Shown here: in pieces, positions 24,681 to 34,954 of the stretch
Position numbering within the stretch: position 1 is the stretch's first letter
Layout: each line of letters opens with the position of its first letter
Origin: a virus
Taxonomy: Duplodnaviria; Caudoviricetes
IMG/VR virus record: IMGVR_UViG_3300050034_000334
DNA: 64,000 nt
Direction: 5' to 3' (one strand)
Notes under the pieces: generated by a model
What the model was told of the DNA's origin: nothing
Database searches by the model: none
What the model saw: only the letters and a program-made list of their open reading frames with translations
Translations under genes and position numbers: made by a program

Positions 24681-25040
24681 CTACTGAAGACAGCTGCTGG
24701 GGAAGAGTATGCTGTATTTCTTGGTGGAGATGATCAAAGCGAGGGTGGCCCTGTGATCTCCACCGGGATAACAGGTACTCTTGAGCAGATATTTTCGAGA
24801 ACCGATCATTTGTACACCCGACTCAGTGAATTGGAGGTCTACTTCACGAATGTTGACCTTGCGAACTCCGTCGTCTTCTAGACCTTCCAGAAACTTCTGA
24901 TCCACCAGTAGATATACATTGCCAAAGTAGTCTGGAGGAATGGTGACTGTTGCTTCATAGGGAGTATGTCCCTCTTTGGCGACTCGAACATGGTCACCTA
25001 GATCAACGGCGAGAGGAGGAAACCTTAGAATCTTTGCCAT
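24681..25040 (-). CDS. Hypothetical protein
   Basis: ATG 8 nt below the promoter at 25049-25076. Confidence 0.55.
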   Translation of the reverse strand: MAKILRFPPLAVDLGDHVRVAKEGHTPYEATVTIPPDYFGNVYLLVDQKFLEGLEDDGVRKVNIREVDLQFTESGVQMIGSRKYLLKSTCYPGGDHRATLALIISTKKYSILFPSSCLQ

Positions 25041-25048
25041 GAATGAAA

Positions 25049-25076
25049 TCTACTCTCTTTTGCATATAATCGGTTA
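25049..25076 (-). promoter_or_regulatory. Phage promoter motif TAACCG-N16-AGTAGA
   Basis: Exact motif match. Confidence 0.7.
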
Positions 25077-25121
25077 GCGGAGCCAGTATCAAGAGTTGGT
25101 CATTGCCGATTGGAGATCAGA

Positions 25122-25454
25122 ATGAAACGTACTATCCTCTTTGTACTGCTGTTCATCGCCTCCGTGTGTGTAGTCACAGCACAGGATAAACCTGTTGTAA
25201 ATAGAGTTGTTCCAACTGCCGCACCACCAATCCTTGGCACCGCTGATCGCCTTGCTCTCCAGGGCTTAGAGAAGATCAAGGCTGATGCTCAGAAACAATG
25301 GAGCGAGGCCAACGATCAGGAATTCGCTGTCATGCGTGAATGGCAAGTTGCTCATCCAGGCTGGCATGTCTTCTACAATCCTCAGGGCGACGCCAAGAAC
25401 TTCACTATCGTGCAGGACGAGAAGCCCAAGACGAAGGTTGAAGAGAAGAAGTAG
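25122..25454 (+). CDS. Secreted hypothetical protein
   Basis: Signal peptide MKRTILFVLLFIASVCVVTAQD. Confidence 0.65.
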   Translation: MKRTILFVLLFIASVCVVTAQDKPVVNRVVPTAAPPILGTADRLALQGLEKIKADAQKQWSEANDQEFAVMREWQVAHPGWHVFYNPQGDAKNFTIVQDEKPKTKVEEKK

Positions 25455-25491
25455 TCTTCTGTCTTCTGGACTCATAGTGGAGGGTCATGCT

Positions 25492-26268
25492 ATGAGTCTG
25501 GAAAAGGTTGTTCTGCCGGGCAAGCGTCTCGGATGCAAAGCCAAGAAGATCGATTCAAGAACTCTGAAGATGGCCAAGTATTTGGCATCTGGTCTACCTC
25601 CAGCGCCTCCTTCTGTCGATTGGACCAAGAGCATCACTGTTTGGGGCATGATGCTTAACGACCAGCTTGGCTGTTGCACTATTGCCGGCCTCGGTCATGC
25701 AATTCAAACCTGGGTAAGCAACGCCAGCATGCCAAATGCTGACACCCTGAATGTCACTGATGCCGAGATTCTGAAAGGATACGAGGATTTCGATGAATAC
25801 AACCCTCAAGATCCTTCCACTGATCAGGGCGGCATTGAGCTCGATGTGCTCAATGATTTCAAGAAGCAGGGATTCGCTGGCGCCACACTCTCTTCATTCG
25901 TTTCAGTGAACGTGAAGAACCTGGCAGAAGTTCGTCAGGCGATTGATCTATTTGGTGGGGTCTACATCGGAGTGGAGCTTCCGCTCTCGGCACAGGGTCA
26001 GACTATCTGGGATGTGATTCCAACGGATCCTGGTGAATCTAACCTGGCTGGATCATGGGGTGGTCACTGTGTGTGGGTGCCCAAGTACGATGAGACGAGC
26101 TTCACTTGCATCACATGGGGTGCACCACAAAAGATCACCGTGGAATTCTGGAAGGCGTATGTCGACGAGGCTTATGCTCTGCTCAGTCCACAGTGGATAG
26201 AAGCCATTCCACCAGTGGGTCGCTTTGATCTTGCAACCCTCCAGGCAGACATCGCACAGATCGGCTAG
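25492..26268 (+). CDS. Papain-like (C1/C39-type) cysteine peptidase
   Basis: MMLNDQLGCCTIAG (catalytic Cys); WGGHCVWVPKYD...ITWG (His). Confidence 0.8.
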   Translation: MSLEKVVLPGKRLGCKAKKIDSRTLKMAKYLASGLPPAPPSVDWTKSITVWGMMLNDQLGCCTIAGLGHAIQTWVSNASMPNADTLNVTDAEILKGYEDFDEYNPQDPSTDQGGIELDVLNDFKKQGFAGATLSSFVSVNVKNLAEVRQAIDLFGGVYIGVELPLSAQGQTIWDVIPTDPGESNLAGSWGGHCVWVPKYDETSFTCITWGAPQKITVEFWKAYVDEAYALLSPQWIEAIPPVGRFDLATLQADIAQIG

Positions 26269-26711
26269 AATCTTTGCCAAGGAACGTCTGCTTCATCGTC
26301 TTCGGATTTTCCAACGAAGCGGACAGCTGCCTGAAAACTGGGCAAATCATTGAGAAGATCTGCTACGGTATACAGATCTTCTAGATTGTCTCCAAACTTT
26401 GGCGGAAGAAGGCTCAGTTGCATGTCTTCTTTCGCTTCGGGCCAAGCTACATTCCAGCGAGTCTCCCAGCCACAAATCCGGCGGCCATATTCGTAGACCT
26501 TGACATAAGGCCCACACCAGCCCACAGGAAATTGCCAGCTGAAACATAGCCAGGTCCAGATGGATCCGCATTGGTCAAGACGATGGTACTTCTTGACCTT
26601 CGTGCTATGGAGAACCAGAGGCTTTGGAATCAGCTTGAAATACACCCAGACCATGAGACCAATCACGGATGCACTCAGTAAGAAACTTACGATGAGTCGG
26701 CTAAGAATCAC
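26265..26711 (-). CDS. Membrane-anchored hypothetical protein
   Basis: N-terminal TM helix. Confidence 0.55.
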   Translation of the reverse strand: MILSRLIVSFLLSASVIGLMVWVYFKLIPKPLVLHSTKVKKYHRLDQCGSIWTWLCFSWQFPVGWCGPYVKVYEYGRRICGWETRWNVAWPEAKEDMQLSLLPPKFGDNLEDLYTVADLLNDLPSFQAAVRFVGKSEDDEADVPWQRF

Positions 26712-26802
26712 TTTGTCTTCCTTTCTTCTTGAGGGTATTGATCGTCCTCACCAGGTCGCTCACACAGGTCGTTGAAGAACTTTCCCATTCTTTTGATGAC
26801 AG

Positions 26803-27969
26803 TTACAGTCCCAGGATGCGTTCAACCTCGGCATCGATGGCGTTCTGCTTGTCGCTGACGGTCTCGGTGACCACCTCGACCTCGTCTTCCGCTTCCATGA
26901 CCGCCGTGCTGGTCTGGGGTTCGACAGCGAACGAGACCTGAACATTGGAGCCACGGAAAGGGTTGTTGGCGGTCGCGGCCAGAACGACTTCCAGAGCCTT
27001 GGACTTCTGCTCGTCGCCAGAGCCGAACATTGCCGCTTCGGCGCGAGCCGTTTCCTTGGTGTATCCAGGCTTCACGCGGATGCCAGTGCGGAAGTGATCG
27101 CTGTATTCGGTGATTGCGTTCAGGAGGTTGTATGCCGATCCGCGAATCTCGGGAATGGCGTTGCCGTCATTGGATTCGAACAGTTCGAGGATCTTCATGA
27201 TAATGCGCTCGCGACGAGTTACTGCCTTGCCGTCTGCGGAGATCGGAAACATCGTGTTGACGACGGTCAGGACCGTTTCCTTGGTCATCTGACGTTCTGC
27301 CAGAGAGTTCAGCTTGATTTCCAGGAGTTCAGCATTCATGATCGCGCCATTCATCAGCATCTTGGCGTCTTCCATGCGCTGTTTGATCTCCTTGGTGTGG
27401 CGGAGGAACAACGTGGAGCCATTGCCGACGAGGGCCATGTTCAGGGTGTTCTCGCAGACCACGCGAGTCGAAGTGATCTTCGCGGTGCCGGAGGCCAGAC
27501 CGTTGTGGGCGTTGGTGAAGAGCAGGTAGTTCTGGGAGATGTCGTTCGTGCCGGCGATGCGGATGTCCTGAGGAAGACGAGCCATGGTCCAAATGCGCTC
27601 ACCCTTGCCCAGTGCACCGGCGGATTCATAGTGCGAGCCGGAACCTTCCAGCAGCGCGTCGACGAAATCGAAGGCATAACGATTTTGGATCGGAGTGTAG
27701 TCCTTGCCAACGTGGCCCAGGTACTGTCCGTCTGAGTCGCGGTAGATGCCGAATGTGTTGAGGAGAACCTCGGAGACGTTCGTGATGGGATTGATCATCG
27801 TAATGGGGTGCTTGCTGACGGTCCAGTCCAGGTGAGCCAACTTCATGGCCTCTTCCCAGGTGACTGCACCGGGAGTGCGCTGACCCAGCAAGTGCCAGGC
27901 TGCCTTGCGATCGCCCACGCAAAACATTGCGTCTTCGCCTTCTGCGGTGTGTTCAATGTTGTGTGCCAT
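26803..27969 (-). CDS. DUF932/DUF945-family phage/plasmid protein
   Basis: MAHNI...AWH.LG...A.LDW.V...Y.PIQN..AF.F...YESAGALGKGERIW...TRVVCENTL. Confidence 0.88.
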   Translation of the reverse strand: MAHNIEHTAEGEDAMFCVGDRKAAWHLLGQRTPGAVTWEEAMKLAHLDWTVSKHPITMINPITNVSEVLLNTFGIYRDSDGQYLGHVGKDYTPIQNRYAFDFVDALLEGSGSHYESAGALGKGERIWTMARLPQDIRIAGTNDISQNYLLFTNAHNGLASGTAKITSTRVVCENTLNMALVGNGSTLFLRHTKEIKQRMEDAKMLMNGAIMNAELLEIKLNSLAERQMTKETVLTVVNTMFPISADGKAVTRRERIIMKILELFESNDGNAIPEIRGSAYNLLNAITEYSDHFRTGIRVKPGYTKETARAEAAMFGSGDEQKSKALEVVLAATANNPFRGSNVQVSFAVEPQTSTAVMEAEDEVEVVTETVSDKQNAIDAEVERILGL

Positions 27970-28001
27970 GTTTGGTATTCCTTTCTGGTTCGATTGTGAA
28001 C

Positions 28002-28448
28002 TTACATGAGTTCTCTACTGAGTCGAAACTCGGATCGGTTAGTCGAAACACCAAGGTCTGGATCTGGATAGGCGAACTTGGTTCCGAATTCCTTCATCAG
28101 CTCGACCTGCTCGTTCACCAGATGCTGAGACCAGTTCCGTGAATCACCCGGATGCTGGGCAACTGCGACGAAGAGCGTGTTCGGGTCTCCACCGCTCATC
28201 ATGGGCTTGATACCAGTCACCTGACCCAAGCCACCAACCACATCGTCTTCTCCGTGGTCGATGTAGAGACTTGTGGCAACATAGATGTAGTCGCCAATCT
28301 TGGGAACCCAGGGTTTGCCGGACTTGATCAGCTTACGGAGGACCGAGAGCTTCTTTTTGTCGAGTTGATTCTCGTCCGCGTGAGCCTGAGCCTTGGTGGG
28401 GAAAGTTTTCCCGGTGCGTTCACTCTGGAACCGTTTGACTTCAATCAT
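28002..28448 (-). CDS. Hypothetical protein
   Basis: ORF in the - strand block. Confidence 0.55.
   Translation of the reverse strand: MIEVKRFQSERTGKTFPTKAQAHADENQLDKKKLSVLRKLIKSGKPWVPKIGDYIYVATSLYIDHGEDDVVGGLGQVTGIKPMMSGGDPNTLFVAVAQHPGDSRNWSQHLVNEQVELMKEFGTKFAYPDPDLGVSTNRSEFRLSRELM
28014..28041 (-). promoter_or_regulatory. Phage promoter motif TAACCG-N16-AGTAGA
   Basis: Exact motif match upstream of the DUF932 gene. Confidence 0.75.
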
Positions 28449-28691
28449 TGGGACCCTCCGGTGGAAATATCTTGAGCCAGCATGTGGGGCAGTAGCCAGA
28501 GATCAATTGCTCACGAACCTCTTTGGATATGGATTTGAGAGCACGCTGGATGAGTTGACCGTTCTGCCAGTCAGTGAACTCGCTCTCAGGAATGTAGAGA
28601 CGAGTGCTTTCCTTGCATTTTGGACAGGTCGTCAGTACAACGACACACCAGACGCCGTCATGATCTGTTTCATCTATGCAACTGAATGGCA

Positions 28692-28919
28692 TTATTCTTC
28701 CTTCTTTCCTGTGCGAGCGAGTCGCTCCGCTTCCAAGCAAAGGATGGCTTTCTTGTACAGTTCATCCTTCGCAACCAGGGACTTGTAGGCTTTCTCAGAG
28801 GCAGCTTCGCGGCTCGACCCTGAGATGACAAGAGCGTCCATGATCTTGGCATGGACAGTCAGGTTGTGACGTACTCGCCGATCGTTTGTCTTGTAGTCGC
28901 GATTGTTTCCGAGGCCCAT
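28692..28919 (-). CDS. Hypothetical protein
   Basis: ORF with RBS AAGGAAAGAGG. Confidence 0.55.
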   Translation of the reverse strand: MGLGNNRDYKTNDRRVRHNLTVHAKIMDALVISGSSREAASEKAYKSLVAKDELYKKAILCLEAERLARTGKKEE

Positions 28920-29179
28920 TAGAGTCCTCTTTCCTTGGCGATGCCGGTCGGTTTCCAGTACAGCGCCTTTGCGGATTCAGGGTGGAGATCGTCTACCGTA
29001 CTTACGATGGGACGATCCCATTCTGGGCGCATGAACAGTAGAGGAACCTTTGAGGTTGAGCAGGGTGGGTTGATGCGATATTCCGTCCAGCCATCCTCTT
29101 CAAGAGCCAGACAGGCATCGGAGAAGCGAGCCTGATAGTCGCTTCTCCATTCGTGCTTGATATGTGCTACAGGAAACAT
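28919..29179 (-). CDS. Hypothetical protein
   Basis: ORF with RBS GGAGGGG. Confidence 0.55.
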   Translation of the reverse strand: MFPVAHIKHEWRSDYQARFSDACLALEEDGWTEYRINPPCSTSKVPLLFMRPEWDRPIVSTVDDLHPESAKALYWKPTGIAKERGL

Positions 29180-29188
29180 TGTCCCCTC

Positions 29189-29902
29189 CTACTGGATCGA
29201 GATGTATGCCGGTTGATTGCCGTGAGGAGCGGTGCACCAGGTCAGGTACGAAGGATCGTACTTTCCAGGAGCGGCGGCAACCGCAGCCTTGAACTTGCCG
29301 ACCGTGCCCACGCTGGCGAGCAGATCGAATGTGTTGGCAGCCTTGGAACCAGCCTTATACGGATTGGTGGAAGTCAGGGTGACGATGCGAGCCGAATCGG
29401 CAAATCCCTTCTTGGCGACGGGAGCCTTGGGAGCAGGAATCGGAGGAACTGAAACTGGCACATTGCCGAAGAGCGGTGCCGGCACAACAGGAGCCGGTCC
29501 AACGCGGAAGTGTTTCAGAGCCATCTTGACGTCTTCGTCCCGATACAACATGACCTTGCCGGTGCGGGTGTTCTTGCCCACGATGGGATAGGTCGTGCGC
29601 TTAGGTTCGATGCCGATGATCTGGATCTCTTCGCCACGGACAATGAACTTGGCATTGAAGTCGCTGGGATCAAGGCCAAACATGTGGCAGTACTTGGGGA
29701 AGTTGAGTGCCCGCATATCGACCGCCGCGCCACTTGTGGTGACCGACAGGATTTCGAGTTTCATGTTTCCGCTGTTACCGTCACGATCGTATGAGGCACC
29801 CGCACCCTTGATGGTCACGCCATGCTTTTGGCCAACGGACAGGAGGGCTGCGTCGATATCGATCCGGAGAGCTTTCAAGAGTGTTACTTCAATCTTCGCC
29901 AT
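29189..29902 (-). CDS. Hypothetical protein (probably leaderless, start MAKIEV)
   Basis: ATG 7 nt after the promoter at 29910-29937. Confidence 0.7.
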   Translation of the reverse strand: MAKIEVTLLKALRIDIDAALLSVGQKHGVTIKGAGASYDRDGNSGNMKLEILSVTTSGAAVDMRALNFPKYCHMFGLDPSDFNAKFIVRGEEIQIIGIEPKRTTYPIVGKNTRTGKVMLYRDEDVKMALKHFRVGPAPVVPAPLFGNVPVSVPPIPAPKAPVAKKGFADSARIVTLTSTNPYKAGSKAANTFDLLASVGTVGKFKAAVAAAPGKYDPSYLTWCTAPHGNQPAYISIQ

Positions 29903-29909
29903 GAGCTTC

Positions 29910-29937
29910 TCTACGGAACTCATGCGAGAAACGGTTA
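29910..29937 (-). promoter_or_regulatory. Phage promoter motif TAACCG-N16-CGTAGA
   Basis: Exact motif match; ATG 7 nt downstream. Confidence 0.8.
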
Positions 29938-30822
29938 GGATGGATTGAACTTCAAATTCCTTCCCGCTTCGAAGTATTCCCAAGGATCCTTGAACTCGTC
30001 ATTCAGGAATCTAACTTTGTATCCTTCTCGCTGAAGACGCTGGGAGTATTTCAGTCCGGTCTCATCAGAGTCGAGGAGGAAGATGATGTCAAGTCCTTCC
30101 ATGAACTTGAAGTGAGCCTCCGAAGCGAAGGCAGATCCCAATCCTACGCTCTGTCCTTCCTCCATGAGATCACAGGCGATGTGATCGTATAGACCTTCGA
30201 CGACATAGACCGGCTTGGAGGGGTCAACCTTCTGAAGTCCAAAGGTGGCTTGTCTCCCATGAGAGAAAAGCCACTTACACATGAGACTGCTGATGTGATC
30301 GTCCACGAAGCGGAAGACCAGGCAGTTCAGATTTCCCTGTCGATCGTAGCTGGGGCAGGTCATGAACTCTTCTTGAGTGAGGTCGACAACGAATCCCAGG
30401 TTGGCCAGGATAGCACTTGAGATAAGCATCGCATCCCGGTTGAATGGAAAGTAGTTCTTCCATGACGTATACTGATGGGGTTCCCATTTCCAGCTGGAGA
30501 TTCCGTAGTTCGGAGCGACCTCGAGTGGAAACTTCCGGTCGGTCAGAAATTTGGTCACCCGTTCACTGATGGGTCGACTCAGGAAGGCCATAGTCTCTTC
30601 AAGCGAGATTGGTGGGTAGTGGGGAGTGTAAGGAATCTTCATGCGTTGGGCGATGTGGGCAGCATACTCAGGGAAGACAGTATGGACATCCAGCATCTCC
30701 TGAATCCCATCGGTTCCCACTATGGCCTTGATGATGTCGTCATCGTCTTCATTGACGAAGTACTCAAGAAGTGGGCAAGGATCAATGAACAGTTTTTTGA
30801 CAAAGGATTTAGTCTTTCCCAT
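29935..30822 (-). CDS. TOPRIM-domain (DnaG primase-like) protein
   Basis: PVYVVEGLYDHIA...GLGSA...IIFLLDSDETG...KDP.E. Confidence 0.8.
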   Translation of the reverse strand: MGKTKSFVKKLFIDPCPLLEYFVNEDDDDIIKAIVGTDGIQEMLDVHTVFPEYAAHIAQRMKIPYTPHYPPISLEETMAFLSRPISERVTKFLTDRKFPLEVAPNYGISSWKWEPHQYTSWKNYFPFNRDAMLISSAILANLGFVVDLTQEEFMTCPSYDRQGNLNCLVFRFVDDHISSLMCKWLFSHGRQATFGLQKVDPSKPVYVVEGLYDHIACDLMEEGQSVGLGSAFASEAHFKFMEGLDIIFLLDSDETGLKYSQRLQREGYKVRFLNDEFKDPWEYFEAGRNLKFNPS

Positions 30823-30827
30823 GCATT

Positions 30828-31403
30828 ATGGGTACTCACTTTCTTATGCCCTGCGCCATTTCGCCTCGTGAATTTCCGAAAGTCGTCAACGACCTTGAGA
30901 GGTTACACTTCTCATCGAATGTCCAGTCTGTCTTCAAGAAAGAGTCGAATACCAATCCGGCTCTCATTGTGAAGATGATGGAAGCTGTTCCACGTAACCA
31001 GCGTGTGAGGAACGGAACGCAAGAGGAAACTCTCATCAGAGGAGGAGATCCACTTGCTTTGCTCAAGTACATGGATCTCGTGGGTATCGGAGAGTGGCCT
31101 GCTGCTGAAGATACTCTCGCAACCTCAGTGAAGAGTGCGATCGGATATGTCGAGCAGATAGGCAACAAACCATTCCCCAAGGGAGAGCCTCAAATCGCGA
31201 CCCAGGCCAACCTGGCCTTCTGGTATGCCACTGAGGTTCTGAAGACAAGATTTCCTGCCGGCGAGCCAGCTATCAAGACAAGACCCAAGATCTGGGCTGC
31301 CTACGTCGAGGAGCTAGAAGAAATGGGTCAAGATTTGCCTGAACAGGATTGGGAAGAACTGCCTGGGATCACAGTTGAGCCACCCAAGAAGAGGAGACCA
31401 TAA
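30828..31403 (+). CDS. Hypothetical protein
   Basis: First gene of a three-gene + strand operon. Confidence 0.6.
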   Translation: MGTHFLMPCAISPREFPKVVNDLERLHFSSNVQSVFKKESNTNPALIVKMMEAVPRNQRVRNGTQEETLIRGGDPLALLKYMDLVGIGEWPAAEDTLATSVKSAIGYVEQIGNKPFPKGEPQIATQANLAFWYATEVLKTRFPAGEPAIKTRPKIWAAYVEELEEMGQDLPEQDWEELPGITVEPPKKRRP

Positions 31404-32629
31404 TGCCTAGATTCATGTCAAGTCTCCTGAAGGACGCTGCCTCCAATGCTGTCATCAAAGAGGCACAGGCTCGGTTCGGCGGCAATCCTGATTTTCCGAA
31501 GGATGAGATCGGCGTCTCGCGCCTGTTTAGTCGTCTAGACAACCTGGTGCCCAAAGAAGTTCAGGCCTCTGGAATCGGCAAGCAGATCTACTTCTTCCTG
31601 CTCAAGTTGCTCTTCAAAGAAACTCCTCCCGGATTCGTTCTGGGAGAGGATGACTACAAAGTCAAGCCTCTGATCAAATCCTATTGCAACGCTCTAGACA
31701 AACAGCAGCTGGCTGCTCAAGATCGTAGTCTCGACAGATACCGCAACCTTGAGGAGCTAGAGACCACGCTGGAGGCTATCGAGGAGAAGAAGGTTCCCAA
31801 GCTGGAGGAAGGCAAGAAGTCCGTCTACACTCCACAAGAGGAAGCAATCATCAAGAAGGGATCGAAGATCATCTACGACAGCGGCGGCTGGACAGTTTAC
31901 AAGTGCCCACAGTCCTCTGCTCCGGATGTCCTGGCTGCTGTTAAGCTCCTTTGCGATAACCCTCGGCATCATGTTTCTTGGTGCGTGGGAAGAGGAGCGA
32001 CTCAGTATCAAGGAGTTGGCGACTTCTTTGTCTTTCAGCAGAATGGCATCTCCCGATATGCTGTATCCTCTAATCAGGGGAAGGACTTCACGATCTGGAA
32101 TGCCAACGACACTCCTATCTTCAGCGCCAATCAGTGGGGAGAAGAGGCTAAGAATCGGTCGCAAGAGAAACCCATCGCTCAGATGATGCGAGCAGTGGCC
32201 AAGAAGAACGGCATACCATTCGACCTGAATACCCTGAGTGTCTTGCCTCAGGACCTCCTCGTACCACTGAAGGCAGTTTACAAGAAGGAACCAGCACTCG
32301 CTTTCATGCCGGAAGCCGCACTCAATCCAGACCGAAAGCTGTCGGAGAATGTGCACAAGATCCTTCACCTGATGTCTGCCAGGGATCTAGTTGGCGATCT
32401 GAATCCTATGTTCGACAGTTACTCTGCGGCTCTCGTTGGTATGAATGTTCTGGCGGCGGCTGTGGGCAAGAAGGTCAACATGGACTTTGACGAAGCGGCA
32501 TTCAAGATGATGAACAGTCGGTGTCTCGAGGGATATCTAGAAGCAGCAGCCGGGCAGGGTGTTCTGAAGATCCCCAAGCCTCTGGATGACATGCTCCTGC
32601 AACTGATGTACGACTGGGCTCACGAATAG
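31403..32629 (+). CDS. Hypothetical protein (408 aa)
   Basis: Long ORF coupled by TAATG; a SWC/YxF segment recalls PcfJ-like domains (uncertain). Confidence 0.7.
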   Translation: MPRFMSSLLKDAASNAVIKEAQARFGGNPDFPKDEIGVSRLFSRLDNLVPKEVQASGIGKQIYFFLLKLLFKETPPGFVLGEDDYKVKPLIKSYCNALDKQQLAAQDRSLDRYRNLEELETTLEAIEEKKVPKLEEGKKSVYTPQEEAIIKKGSKIIYDSGGWTVYKCPQSSAPDVLAAVKLLCDNPRHHVSWCVGRGATQYQGVGDFFVFQQNGISRYAVSSNQGKDFTIWNANDTPIFSANQWGEEAKNRSQEKPIAQMMRAVAKKNGIPFDLNTLSVLPQDLLVPLKAVYKKEPALAFMPEAALNPDRKLSENVHKILHLMSARDLVGDLNPMFDSYSAALVGMNVLAAAVGKKVNMDFDEAAFKMMNSRCLEGYLEAAAGQGVLKIPKPLDDMLLQLMYDWAHE

Positions 32630-32636
32630 GAGATCT

Positions 32637-33404
32637 ATGAAAAGTGCATTGCTGAAACTCGCAGTTGGTAGCGACATCGCTCTTCGTGAACCCGGTGGAG
32701 AAATTGAAGAGTTCATCGAGAACTACGACAGGGGAAGATTCCTCGAGTTCGTGAAGAGAAATGCTGATGAGTACAATTCAGTGAGCATCCTTGAGCACTA
32801 CATCACTGACAAGGCCTCGGCTCTCATGTATAAGAAGCTCGTCACTCGCTGCGCCGAAGAGCTTGTCAGCATGAACCCTGGGTCCACCGGAATGGACCTT
32901 CCCTACCCAGTGGGTCGGTATGCCTTCAGTGCAATCGGGATGAAGTTCCCCAATGCATTCTTGGAGCACTTCTCCGGTGAGCAAGCCATGGATGCCTATT
33001 TCGGAGCATGCTACAATTCGGATCGCTACACCAGTGAGTACGAACCTGGTGCCGAAGAGATTCTGAAGAAGATCACTCTGGCTAATGTTCCCTGGATCAA
33101 GGTCGCCAACCAGGTGCTCGCTGGTCAGGACTACTATGCCTCTATGCTCTCAGTGGTAGGAGTAGAGGACATCATCGCGCTTTGGGGTGAACAGGTTCTC
33201 GGTGATTGGTGGAGGAGACTTTCCTATAACAAGGCCAAAAAGTTCTGCTCCAACATTGGTGACATGACTGGCATGGAAGACGAGTACTGGAATGCCTTTG
33301 CTGGAAAGTTTGGTGACAAACCTGAGCCAGGAGCAAAGCAGCAACTCAAAGACTGGCGTCAGGAAGGTATCGGTGCTCCACCTCGTCGAAGAGAGTTAGA
33401 GTAG
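32637..33404 (+). CDS. Hypothetical protein
   Basis: RBS AGGAG; long ORF. Confidence 0.7.
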   Translation: MKSALLKLAVGSDIALREPGGEIEEFIENYDRGRFLEFVKRNADEYNSVSILEHYITDKASALMYKKLVTRCAEELVSMNPGSTGMDLPYPVGRYAFSAIGMKFPNAFLEHFSGEQAMDAYFGACYNSDRYTSEYEPGAEEILKKITLANVPWIKVANQVLAGQDYYASMLSVVGVEDIIALWGEQVLGDWWRRLSYNKAKKFCSNIGDMTGMEDEYWNAFAGKFGDKPEPGAKQQLKDWRQEGIGAPPRRRELE

Positions 33405-33411
33405 GGAGAAT

Positions 33412-33701
33412 CATGAGAGCCAAGAGTGCATTGACAGAAAGTCTCCAACGTGAGCGGTCTCGTCGAAATCCTTGAGGAGTACGATCGCGAGGGATTCATG
33501 GATTTCGTCCGTCGTGAAGCGCATAATAGTCGGATCTCTGGTGAGTTGGAGATGATGAACCTAGACAGGGCCAGCGCCGTACTTAGAGCATCAACGTGTT
33601 GCCCAGACTGGGAAAAGAAGGACTCCCGAAGAATGCAAAAGATACACGGATCTAAGAACGGAGTACTGGTCAGATATCAGCAAACGTACAGCCATGTCTG
33701 A
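33412..33701 (+). pseudogene. Frameshifted, truncated paralogue of 32637..33404
   Basis: KSAL start and EILEEYDREGFMDFVRREA versus EFIENYDRGRFLEFVKRNA, in different frames. Confidence 0.5.
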
Positions 33702-33788
33702 TAAATTGAAGAATCGTGAAAAGAGTCCTGAGCATAGACAAAAGCTGAGGGAAGCCGCGCTACGAAGAGCCGCAAGAGAACGTGATGG

Positions 33789-34919
33789 TCATATCGTCCA
33801 GTGCCTTTCCTTCCAGGTGGGACCATACCCCATGATGGAAACCGGAACACCCAGCTTGTCCTTGAAGTAGACGTCAGTCGCAACAACGTCGTTGTGGCTG
33901 AGAGCAATCTCATCGAGACCACCGATGATGCCTATGGCCTTCTTGGCGACGTCGAAATCGAACTTGCCCACGCGCCAGGGGCCTTGCCAGGATCCGTTCG
34001 TGTTGTGAAGTTCTCCTCGTTGCAACATCATCCTAACGAGATCCTGATCCTCAACAACATCGTTCGTTTGATATTCAGTCGGAAATGGACCAGCGCCGTG
34101 CCGCGTGAAGTATGTCCGGAAGCATCCAATTCTCTTGATCGTTCCTTCGAACTCAGCTTTTGTCAGGAGTTTGTATGCATTGCCGAAGGTGCAGTCAGTC
34201 CAGGTGTAGAAAGGAGGATCGCCATGAAGTTCATCCAAGAGCACTCCCTGCGCGCCTTCGAAGATCATCACGTTCTCAGTCGGCATCTCATTCACGACTT
34301 GACCGGGCCAATTGTAGTACAACTGAGCGAACTCCAGATTGCTCTGCTTGATACCGGCATCCTTACGAGCGAGGAAATCCTTGTACATCCCGATGTAGTG
34401 ATGGACCTGCATCTCCAAGATGTCAGCCACTCTTCGTCTGTCGAATAGATCGCCGGCATAGAGCGTGATGTCAGGGTTCTCCAGGGACATCCTACGAGCT
34501 TCCCCAATTCCTTGGCCGCAGCTGCCATGACGACCTTCGCCGCGCTCCTCTTCGAGCATCCGATTCACAATCACATGGAGTGGAGTAACGATCACACACT
34601 TCCGGTGTACGGTCAATCGATCCCAGATGTTCTTGATTCCAAGCTCGATCAGATGATCGGCTTCGTTCATCTGTGCGATGGGATTCACCATCATGTACTT
34701 GGACAGATGAGTCCTCACCTTGGGAGAAAATGAGCCAGAACCAAACTGAGCAAACGTGTGATGTTTCTTATCAGGGAGAACTACATTGTGTGCGGCCTGA
34801 GGACCACCGTTGAATCTGACATTGAGGGTGGCTCCGAGTTCACGAGAAAGAAAGTCGACAGTCGCTCCCTTTCCTTCATCACCCCACACCATTCCTTGCA
34901 CTAACACAGCAGTACTCAT
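33789..34919 (-). CDS. purA: Adenylosuccinate synthetase (PurA-like)
   Basis: WGDEGKG, RFNGGPQAAHNV, HGSCGQGIG, FEGAQGVLLDE, YFTRHGAGPFPTE. Confidence 0.93.
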   Translation of the reverse strand: MSTAVLVQGMVWGDEGKGATVDFLSRELGATLNVRFNGGPQAAHNVVLPDKKHHTFAQFGSGSFSPKVRTHLSKYMMVNPIAQMNEADHLIELGIKNIWDRLTVHRKCVIVTPLHVIVNRMLEEERGEGRHGSCGQGIGEARRMSLENPDITLYAGDLFDRRRVADILEMQVHHYIGMYKDFLARKDAGIKQSNLEFAQLYYNWPGQVVNEMPTENVMIFEGAQGVLLDELHGDPPFYTWTDCTFGNAYKLLTKAEFEGTIKRIGCFRTYFTRHGAGPFPTEYQTNDVVEDQDLVRMMLQRGELHNTNGSWQGPWRVGKFDFDVAKKAIGIIGGLDEIALSHNDVVATDVYFKDKLGVPVSIMGYGPTWKERHWTI

Positions 34920-34926
34920 GCCATCC

Positions 34927-34954
34927 TCTACGGAAACTAGGGTTGGATCGGTTA
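34927..34954 (-). promoter_or_regulatory. Phage promoter motif TAACCG-N16-CGTAGA
   Basis: Exact motif match; purA ATG 7 nt downstream. Confidence 0.8.

Noticed and set aside
14474-25090. AGTATCA as a second (late) promoter motif
   Set aside because: Seen upstream of several starts, but a 7-mer is expected about 8 times by chance on both strands, and there is no fixed-spacing partner element.
25026-26279. 14-bp direct repeat TAGAATCTTTGCCA flanking the secreted protein/peptidase cassette
   Set aside because: Several 14-mer repeat pairs are expected by chance in 64 kb, and both copies lie inside coding ends; no integrase nearby.
33789-34919. PurZ (2-aminoadenine, Z-genome) instead of PurA
   Set aside because: The P-loop is GDEGKG with the PurA Asp, not the GSTGKG of PurZ; no datZ or mazZ seen in the window.
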